This document shows positions 19,371 through 26,572 of a DNA stretch of 30,766 nucleotides, one piece after another. Every line of letters begins with the position of its first letter. Positions within the stretch are counted from its first letter, which is position 1. The notes under the pieces were generated by a model. It was not told where the DNA came from, ran no database searches, and saw nothing but the letters and a program-made list of their open reading frames with translations. The position numbers and the translations under genes are program-made. Origin of the DNA: an uncultured Verrucomicrobiales bacterium (GTDB taxonomy: Bacteria > Verrucomicrobiota > Verrucomicrobiia > Verrucomicrobiales > DEV007); NCBI GenBank assembly GCA_938091905.1, contig CALKOM010000171.1:1-30766 (forward strand), in the 5' to 3' direction.

Positions 19371-20933
19371 ATGAAACAACGTCTCACACTAATTAAACTG
19401 ATGACCTGCCTCGGAATCTTCGGGGGCACGCTTCTTGCCGATGACTGGACCCAATGGGGAGGTTCCGATGATCGGAACATGGTCTCCACTGAAAAGGGGA
19501 TTCCCGGCGTCGGAATGAGAGCGGGGAAGTTCAAGAAAGGCACGGAAGAAACTGACTTATCTACCACGAAGCATTTGAAGTGGGTGGCGAAGGTTGGTTC
19601 GCAGACCTATGGAACGCCTACTATTGCCGATGGCCGCGTCTATGTTGGTACAAACAATGAGTCGCCTCGTGATCCCAAGCATATCGGGGACCGTGGCAAC
19701 ATGATGGTCTTTGATGAAAAGACCGGAGAGTATTTGTGGCAACTTGTCGTACCTAAGTTAGGCGCTGGTAAGGTCTCGGATTGGGAATACCTCGGTATCT
19801 GTTCCAGCGCAACGATTGTTGGCAACCGTGGCTATGTCGTGACGAATCGCTGCGAGATCCTTTGCTTTGACGTTGAGGGGATGAAGAATGGTAACCAAGG
19901 AATCCAGACCGAGGGCGCTTATATGGCTGGTCCTGGTAAGGAGCCCGCGGAAGTGGGGCCGAAGGACGCCGACATCATCTGGGTGTTTGACATGCGAGGC
20001 GATGAACTGGGTGCATTCCCTCACAATGTTGCGAGTAGTTCTGTTCTTGTTTATGGGGACAAAGTGATCGCGACGACCTCAAACGGTGTGGACTATTCGC
20101 ACCTCAATTTGCCTTCTCCATCTGCACCAAGCCTTATTATGCTCGATGCTAAGACGGGCGAGTTGGTTGCAGAGGAAATCTCCGACATCAGCTCTCGGGT
20201 TCTCCATTGTTCCTGGGCATCTCCAGCTCTCGGCAAAGCGAATGGCAAGGACATCTTTATCTTCGGTGCTGGCGATGGCTGGTGCTACGGCTTTGATGTG
20301 AATCCTGGCGAGGAAGAGGATGAAGGAGAGACGTTTGGCGTGCTGAATGAACTCTTCCGCTACGATTGCAATCCCCCTGAGTATCGCAAGGTTACCTATC
20401 CTAAGCCGACCGGTCCGAACGAAGTGGTGGCAACGCCCGTGTTCTACAAAGATAAAGTCTACGTGCTGACCGGGCAAGATCCTGAGCATGGGGAGGGCCT
20501 TGGCACACTAAGTTGTATCGACCCAAGCAAGACAGGCGATATCTCAGGTGATACGGTCTGGATTTATAAGGGCATTGAGCGGAGCATGTCGACGCCAGCG
20601 ATCGTTGATGATCTCCTTTACACCGCTGACTACCGTGGTTTCGCCTACTGCTTCGATGCCATGACTGGTGAGAAATATTGGGAATACGACACGTTTGGCC
20701 ACATCTGGGGAAGCCCGCTGGTGGTTGATGGCAAGTTCTACCTGGGCACTGAAGAAGGAGAGTTGATTGTCCTTGGGACTGGCAAAGAGCTTAAAGTTCT
20801 TTGTGGTGAAGACGGTGTGGAGCCCGCAGTCGAATTCAGCGGTCCCATTTACGCGAGCCCTGTCGTCGCCAATGGCGTTCTTTACATCGGCACTCAGTCT
20901 CATCTCTACGCCTTCGAGCTCGAGAAGAAGTAG
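19371..20933 (+). CDS. Exported PQQ-like beta-propeller repeat protein
   Basis: Signal peptide; DWTQWGG..RNM; repeated P.I.DGRVYVG, D..TG...W, SPLVVDGKFY and SPVVANGVLYI blades. Confidence 0.85.
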   Translation: MKQRLTLIKLMTCLGIFGGTLLADDWTQWGGSDDRNMVSTEKGIPGVGMRAGKFKKGTEETDLSTTKHLKWVAKVGSQTYGTPTIADGRVYVGTNNESPRDPKHIGDRGNMMVFDEKTGEYLWQLVVPKLGAGKVSDWEYLGICSSATIVGNRGYVVTNRCEILCFDVEGMKNGNQGIQTEGAYMAGPGKEPAEVGPKDADIIWVFDMRGDELGAFPHNVASSSVLVYGDKVIATTSNGVDYSHLNLPSPSAPSLIMLDAKTGELVAEEISDISSRVLHCSWASPALGKANGKDIFIFGAGDGWCYGFDVNPGEEEDEGETFGVLNELFRYDCNPPEYRKVTYPKPTGPNEVVATPVFYKDKVYVLTGQDPEHGEGLGTLSCIDPSKTGDISGDTVWIYKGIERSMSTPAIVDDLLYTADYRGFAYCFDAMTGEKYWEYDTFGHIWGSPLVVDGKFYLGTEEGELIVLGTGKELKVLCGEDGVEPAVEFSGPIYASPVVANGVLYIGTQSHLYAFELEKK

Positions 20934-20950
20934 TTTGGCTAGCTAGAAAT

Positions 20951-20974
20951 GTAGCGTGGGCCTGTAGCCCATGC
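20951..20974. repeat. Short GTAG-type REP-like hairpin
   Basis: GTA-GCGTGGGC-CTGTA-GCCCATGC in the intergenic gap. Confidence 0.4.
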
Positions 20975-20988
20975 ATCCTACCCACTCC

Positions 20989-21258
20989 ATGAAGAAGCTC
21001 CTTACTGGCACCGCTATTGCCATGCTCATCCTCCACCAGGATTTCTGGTTGTGGGACAATACGAACCTGGTCTTCGGATTCATGCCGGTGGGTTTGGTCT
21101 ACCATGCGTGCTTCTCCATGGCTGTGGCTATCCTTGCCGTCCTGGCGATCACATTCGCTTGGCCTCACGAGCTCATTGAGTGGGCAACGACGAAAGATGA
21201 AGGTGCAGGCACAGACGGGGAAGCGAAGCCGAAGGACAACCAGTACAAGATCCGATGA
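20989..21258 (+). CDS. Small two-helix membrane protein, DUF3311-like SSS transporter partner
   Basis: LHQDFWLWD...LVFGFMPVGL.YH...WP motif, with an ATGA overlap into the SSS gene. Start at 20989 or 20971. Confidence 0.8.
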   Translation: MKKLLTGTAIAMLILHQDFWLWDNTNLVFGFMPVGLVYHACFSMAVAILAVLAITFAWPHELIEWATTKDEGAGTDGEAKPKDNQYKIR

Positions 21259-22949
21259 CCGTTCTCATCGTTATCTCCATCTACCTCGCCCTCTTGTTAG
21301 GGTTAGGTCTCTTTAGTGGCAAGCAATCACGCGGTACCAGTAAGGATTACTTTGTCGCCAGTCACTCGATTGGTCCCTTCCTGTTGCTCATGTCCGTTTT
21401 CGGTACGACGATGACGGCCTTTGCGCTTGTCGGTTCTACGGGCAAAGCGTTCGAACGTGGCATTGGCGTCTACGGCCTTATGGCGTCGATTTCTGGACTC
21501 GTGCACGTCATTTGCTTCTTTGCGATTGGCATTCGTTTGTGGAGTTATGGGATGAAGCACGGCTTCGTCACGCAGATCCAATTCTTCCGCTCGCGGTTTG
21601 ATTCAAATGCCATTGGTTATGTGCTGTTTCCGATCCTGGTCGGTTTAGTCATCCCGTATCTCCTCATCGGAGTGATCGGTGCTGGCAAGACCATCTTGCC
21701 CGTCACGGCAGGTGCGTTTCCAGAGGCCTTTCCAAATGCCAATCCACTGTGGACGGGAGGCATTCCTCCATGGCTCAGCGGTCTCGGCATTTGTATCATC
21801 GTCCTCGCGTACGTCTTCGCGGGTGGTTCACGTGGTGCCGCCTGGGCAAATACCTTTCAAACGCTTGTATTCATGGCGATGGGCGTTGTTGCCTTCACTT
21901 TGATTGTGAAAGCTTTAGGAGGTGTTGAGCAAGCGAGCAAAGTGCCGATCACGGTGAATGAGAACGGGCTCTTGGTGCAGAATTATGGCATTGTGGAGCA
22001 AGAGGACGGCAGTAGTAAGGTTGAGAAGCTGGCCACGCCTCTCGTCCGAGGTAAGATCCGTGACGCTGACCCGAGCCTGGCAGGCTACCAGCCGCACCTT
22101 GGCCGCAAGGTTTTGGAGATGGACTACAAAGCACGGACACCTGGCAGTGGTGAGCTGGTCGATCAGTCGCGTGAGCTCGGCGTGCCGCCGTGGATGTTCC
22201 TCACCTATCTCTTTATCCCGCTTAGTGTGGGTATGTTCCCGCATCTCTTCCAGCACTGGCTCACGGCTCGAAGCGCAAACACGTTTAAGCTAACACTCAT
22301 AGCCCATCCGATTTGTATCATGGTCGTCTGGGTGCCTTGTGTTCTTATTGGCGCTTGGGCTACAGGATTGGTGCCGCCTGGGGTTCCCCCTGCCGCTGTC
22401 CTCTCCAAGATGATGGCGGATCTAGTTAGTAACCAAGTTCTTACTGGATTGCTGACTGCGGGCGTGCTTGCCGCGATCATGTCTTCGCTAGATTCTCAGT
22501 TCCTGTGTCTTGGAACCATGTTTACCAATGACATTGTGCTGCACAAGGTCGGCCAAGACCGATTCACGGACAAACAAACGATCTGGATCGCACGTGGCTT
22601 CATTATTGGTATTGTGGCCCTCACCTATGTGCTTTCGCTTTGGGCGGCGAATAAAAATGTCTTCGATCTCGCTGTCTGGTGCTTCAGTGGCTTTGCCATG
22701 CTCACTCCATTGGTGTTTGCGGCGCTTTATTGGAAACGGGCCACCACGGCAGGAGCGTTCGCCTCAATTATCGTTGGCACTCTGACATGGATCATTTTCT
22801 TTGTCCTTGCTGGTGGCAGCGAATACACGGTCGGCCCTGGCATCATGCCTGTGACCTTTTGCGTCCTCGCTAGCACAGTCGCGATGATCGTCGTTTCCTT
22901 GGCAACCAAGCCGCCATCCGAAGCGACGCTCAACAAGTTCTTCGGATGA
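21255..22949 (+). CDS. Sodium:solute symporter (SSS/SLC5 family)
   Basis: DYFVAS.SIG, GT.MTAF.LVG, GG.RG.AW.NTFQ, MFPHLFQ, LAAIMSSLDSQ and LYWKRAT..GA, with about 13 hydrophobic segments. Confidence 0.92.
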   Translation: MTVLIVISIYLALLLGLGLFSGKQSRGTSKDYFVASHSIGPFLLLMSVFGTTMTAFALVGSTGKAFERGIGVYGLMASISGLVHVICFFAIGIRLWSYGMKHGFVTQIQFFRSRFDSNAIGYVLFPILVGLVIPYLLIGVIGAGKTILPVTAGAFPEAFPNANPLWTGGIPPWLSGLGICIIVLAYVFAGGSRGAAWANTFQTLVFMAMGVVAFTLIVKALGGVEQASKVPITVNENGLLVQNYGIVEQEDGSSKVEKLATPLVRGKIRDADPSLAGYQPHLGRKVLEMDYKARTPGSGELVDQSRELGVPPWMFLTYLFIPLSVGMFPHLFQHWLTARSANTFKLTLIAHPICIMVVWVPCVLIGAWATGLVPPGVPPAAVLSKMMADLVSNQVLTGLLTAGVLAAIMSSLDSQFLCLGTMFTNDIVLHKVGQDRFTDKQTIWIARGFIIGIVALTYVLSLWAANKNVFDLAVWCFSGFAMLTPLVFAALYWKRATTAGAFASIIVGTLTWIIFFVLAGGSEYTVGPGIMPVTFCVLASTVAMIVVSLATKPPSEATLNKFFG

Positions 22950-22977
22950 TAAGCTTAGTTGTAGCAGCTGAAAGCCA

Positions 22978-23883
22978 CTACTGGATCGCTTGAAGCAAGT
23001 TTTTCAGACCCAGCTGATGCGCCTCGACCGCCGATCGCGTGTTAGGTGACTTCGCTTCTACGGTTTGCTCCAACACGAGGTGCGGTTTCAATTGCCATGT
23101 CTGCAGTTGTTCGAAGAGCCGAGTGTAATCAATGTCGCCCTCCATCGAGAACGCCTCTGACCAAATGCCGCCTACAGATTGGCGAAGGTGCAGCTCAACG
23201 ATGCGTGTGTGGTAGTGTGCTACAGCGTCAAACAAGGCCACTTGAGAATTCCCACAGCCGCGAAAGATCCAATGTGAATCCAGGCAGAGCTTTACGTTTT
23301 CTGGATCAGTGGCCGTCAGCATGTGATGAAACTCGCGGGCCCCTTGACGAAGTTCGGCATCGTGGTTGTGATAGGCCAAAGTCAGACCAAGTTTCCGAAT
23401 TTCGATGCCAAGTTCGTTCAATGCCGTTGATTGCACCTTAAGCTGAGCGCCGCTCTTGTCCTCAAGGCCACCCCATCGAATTGGGGTCGGGTTGGTTACA
23501 ATGATCTTGGTGCGCTGTGCTTTCGCTTCTTTGGCAATGTCTAGCACGCCACGGATTGCTTTATCAACAGCAGCTGTTTCGTGCAGTTTAATGTTCACAT
23601 AGAGCGAACGCATCTCAAGCTTGTGCTTTTCTAGCAAAGGTCCTAGTTGCCGAACATCGGCTGCGGACTCGCCAATTGGCTCGAACCCGTTCACGCCAGA
23701 TGTCGCCACTTGGGCCAATCCACCGGCGAGATCGTCGTTCCAATTCTGGTCCCGGCGACGATAGAACAACATCCAAGGGTAAACATTGGTCGCCACGTGT
23801 GGCTTCGTTCCGATTGTCGCCCGCAACGCCGTCGCGGAACTCGCCAGAGCGGCTGTGGTCAGGAAATGTCGTCGACCTATCAT
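22978..23883 (-). CDS. Tat-exported sugar phosphate isomerase/epimerase (xylose isomerase-like TIM barrel, IolE-like)
   Basis: MIGRRHFL twin-arginine signal; YHNH, LCLDSHW, ELHLRQ, GDIDY and LVLEQ. Start at 23883 or 23895. Confidence 0.82.
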   Translation of the reverse strand: MIGRRHFLTTAALASSATALRATIGTKPHVATNVYPWMLFYRRRDQNWNDDLAGGLAQVATSGVNGFEPIGESAADVRQLGPLLEKHKLEMRSLYVNIKLHETAAVDKAIRGVLDIAKEAKAQRTKIIVTNPTPIRWGGLEDKSGAQLKVQSTALNELGIEIRKLGLTLAYHNHDAELRQGAREFHHMLTATDPENVKLCLDSHWIFRGCGNSQVALFDAVAHYHTRIVELHLRQSVGGIWSEAFSMEGDIDYTRLFEQLQTWQLKPHLVLEQTVEAKSPNTRSAVEAHQLGLKNLLQAIQ

Positions 23884-23891
23884 GCTAAGAA

Positions 23892-24890
23892 TCATATCGA
23901 AAGGAGATGCAGATGGACAGCCACAAAACTTCTTGGGTTTAGTTCGGCCTGCATGAGGGCTTCGATGGCGTCTTCTTGTTGGCTGTTCCAATAGGAGTTT
24001 GGTTTGCCTTTCGGTAGAGTTTCGATTTCAGCGAGGAGTTGCTTGGGTGCTTCCCAATTGCCATGAATGCACGGCCTCGAAGAGCCCCAGCAGAAGCGTT
24101 TGGTCATCGGACTGTTTGCCATCTTGGAATCCTTGCAAGATGGTTTTCTGGCCGAGCGATGAAGGAAGTTGATCTGATGCCAATGCCAAAGTGTTTCTTA
24201 AGGGGGCTTTTGAAGAAACCAATAACATCTTGCTTGATTGGACTAGCCCATCGGGATCGTGCTGAGCTTGCCAAGTGGCTAACTCCTTAACACTGTCTTG
24301 TAAGTCGTTTGCAGAGAATAGACCCAAGGCGCTTCTAGACTCAGTATCGGGCGTTACTTTAGCATTCTACAATCGCTTGATTGTAGCTGTTACCCAGTCG
24401 CGGGTTCCCTTCCATTCATAGTCGTCGAGAATGACCAGTGCGAAGTGTGCGACGTTCGTCTGACGAGAGGCAATCTCCAATAGCCGATCGTCGCGATGAT
24501 CTCGCTTGGCAGCTAAGACGACGACAGCACTAGTCCCTGATTTGAAATCAGATCGATCCTTGGCTAGCTCGACCAGACGCGTGGCTATGGATTCAGGGCT
24601 TTCTGCAAAGGCATTCTTTGGGTGATCACTGTCATCACTCTCAAGGCCTTCAAGGATCCACGACAGGCTGCCTTTTAAGTAGCCTTCATACTACAGCTCC
24701 TTAGTTTTGAGTTACTGAGACGTTCCATCCACGAAGCGAGTGCGAGTGCGGGTATGGCTGTCACCGATCTGTGGCTTCCAATCCGAGAGACAAGGAGGCC
24801 GCTCATCGTGCTGAAGTCGAAGGGATTGCCACTAAGGAAATTGCGGAAGTGACCTTTAAAAAGTGCAGGAATGAAATTCGCAAAGAGCGC
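23892..24890 (-). pseudogene. Probable degraded gene for a helical protein of unknown function
   Basis: A 107-codon open stretch (24370-24690) is in frame with track ORF 24028..24327 across a TAG at 24367-24369. Further protein-like pieces lie in shifted frames on both sides. Confidence 0.4.
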
Positions 24891-25044
24891 TCAACTTGGC
24901 CGAAGAGCCTGGGTTGACGGTTTCTCGAAATAATCTGGATCAATTGGCCCTTTCGTTCGTTCGCTATATTGGAGGTCGTTTGGTGCTAGCGGTAGCTAGT
25001 TTCTTGGCCTTCGGGACTCTCATCCAATCTATTATATTATTATT

Positions 25045-25365
25045 ATGAAAAAATTTATCATGGCATTGACCATGGCTCTCGGACTCGTATCCGGCTTTGC
25101 TGAGGAGAAGAAAGCGACCGCTTACGAGGTCGGCATGACTGGCGTCACTTGAGCTGGCTGTAAGAAGGATGTCCGTGCGGCGTTCAAGAAGCTCGATGGT
25201 GTTTCCGAAATTAAGATTGCGGCTGGCGAAAAGCCAGGCACTCAGAGTGTGGTTGTGATGACTACAGGTGAAGCCCTCACCAAGAAAGCCTTGGTCAAAG
25301 CCTTAGGTAAGAAGGCCTCGACCTACAAAGTGAAGACGGTCAAGAAGAAGGAGAAGACTTCCTGA
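25045..25365 (+). CDS. Exported heavy-metal-associated (HMA/MerP/CopZ-like) protein, predicted selenoprotein (106 aa; TGA at 25150-25152 = Sec36)
   Basis: MKKFIMALTMALGLVSGFA signal peptide, then YEVGMTGVT-U-AGCKKDVRAAFKKLDGVSEIKI, matching the HMA pattern GMTCxxC...V..AL..L.GV. AT-rich leader and a terminator after the TGA at 25363-25365. Absent from the ORF track. Confidence 0.85.
25151..25194 (+). promoter_or_regulatory. Candidate bacterial SECIS hairpin of the HMA gene
   Basis: Upper stem GGATG-(T bulge)-CC-GTGC-GG-CGTTC (25167-25185) with a G-initiated loop 22 nt after the UGA. Possible lower stem GAGCT/AGCTC. The stem is weak and rich in G-U pairs; folded by eye. Confidence 0.45.
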
Positions 25366-25408
25366 ATTTCTCTTTTATTTCCTAACTAAATTCTATTTGA
25401 GTCCCTTG

Positions 25409-25447
25409 AGCCCCTTGTCCGCATGTCCGGACGAGGGGTTTCTTTTT
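25409..25447 (+). terminator. Rho-independent terminator of the HMA gene
   Basis: CCCCTTGTCCG-CATGTC-CGGACGAGGGG stem-loop followed by TTTCTTTTT. Confidence 0.85.
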
Positions 25448-25475
25448 GTATTGCTGGGTGAAATTGTTCCCTCCT

Positions 25476-26543
25476 CTACTCGGCAGTTTTTCTTGTCCGT
25501 TTCTTGCGAGTCACTACGTTGTTGTTCGCAGGGATGGGGCTATCGAAGCCGTTGTATGCACTAGGTTTAATCCCGCGGGCGTAACCGCCTCCACGAAAGG
25601 TATTAGGCTGATACTTGCCGACGAAGTCGATAGAGGCGTCGCCTTCGATTTGGTCTTCCAGGTTCAGCATCCAGTAAGTCGCGTTGACTAACATGCGGCG
25701 ATAGCCCTCGTTCAAGATATCTTCGGAAGCGCCATAGAGGGAGGTGAACACGCGTCCTTTCTTGCCATCGACTCCGGCATATTCACGCGTCCATTCGGAT
25801 GCCATGGGTGGTTTGCTCGCGTCAGGCTTGCCGTCGAATTCCATACTCATGAGCGGTTGTGCCATCGTGAGGATGTTCCAGTCGTCCTGTGGCTCCGCAT
25901 TGTAGCCGCCACACTGCACGTGAATGTCCTTCACGCCCCGCAAGATCGGGTGCGTCCTCTTGCCATCGACAATGGTAATCCGTGTGCTTTGTCTGTGGTT
26001 CCTTCCGTAGTGACCCACCCAAGTTTGGCCTAGGACTTGGTGACCGAATCCGCGTTCATAGTCCTTTGCTTTCGATTGGAAGTCATACTTGGTGTAAGCA
26101 CTTTCTTTCTTTCCATACTTAAAGGCGTGAGTAGAGGTGCGTAGCCCCATAACCGGACGCCCACGTTTTAAGTAGGCGTCGATGTGTTTCATCTGCTCAT
26201 CCGGTAGGGCCTGGAAACGAGTGAACATCACCATCCCATCTGCCGAATCGAGCGCCTCGAGGCCTGGGATGTTTGAGGCGCCAGCTTGGATCTCGCCATT
26301 CTCATCTAACCCGAATAGTACTGTGCAATCAAAGCCGTGGTGCTTTGAAAGAATTCGCGCAAGGGCGGGAAGCGTTTCTTCGCCGCGATACTCGTGGTCA
26401 CTCGCGATGAAGACGAGGTGCTTGCCTTTGGAAATCGATGCCGTACTAGTGTAATTCACGGGACTTGCCATACCGAAGAGGCTAGTGGATAGCCAAGCGG
26501 CGAAAAGCGAGAACGATAGTGGAATAAAACTTGAACGGTGCAT
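25476..26543 (-). CDS. Secreted ThuA-like (trehalose utilization, class I GATase-like fold) domain protein
   Basis: Signal peptide; HLVFIASDHEYRGEETLPALARIL, GLRTSTHAF, HPILRGV, GRVFTSLYG and RRMLVNATYW. Confidence 0.78.
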   Translation of the reverse strand: MHRSSFIPLSFSLFAAWLSTSLFGMASPVNYTSTASISKGKHLVFIASDHEYRGEETLPALARILSKHHGFDCTVLFGLDENGEIQAGASNIPGLEALDSADGMVMFTRFQALPDEQMKHIDAYLKRGRPVMGLRTSTHAFKYGKKESAYTKYDFQSKAKDYERGFGHQVLGQTWVGHYGRNHRQSTRITIVDGKRTHPILRGVKDIHVQCGGYNAEPQDDWNILTMAQPLMSMEFDGKPDASKPPMASEWTREYAGVDGKKGRVFTSLYGASEDILNEGYRRMLVNATYWMLNLEDQIEGDASIDFVGKYQPNTFRGGGYARGIKPSAYNGFDSPIPANNNVVTRKKRTRKTAE

Positions 26544-26572
26544 GATAGAATTGGAATGCGTTGACTAAAAGC

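Noticed and set aside
58..22949. Genome-wide reassignment of UGA (to Trp or Gly) as the explanation for the in-frame TGAs
   Set aside because: TGA ends genes at natural positions (mpaA 727-729, gltS, the SSS gene, the antitoxin and DUF3311 ATGA overlaps), and TGG is used for Trp. The two internal TGAs align to Cys, not Trp or Gly.
24367..24369. In-frame TAG as possible pyrrolysine or read-through
   Set aside because: It is surrounded by other stops and frameshifts and has no methyltransferase context, which fits pseudogene decay.
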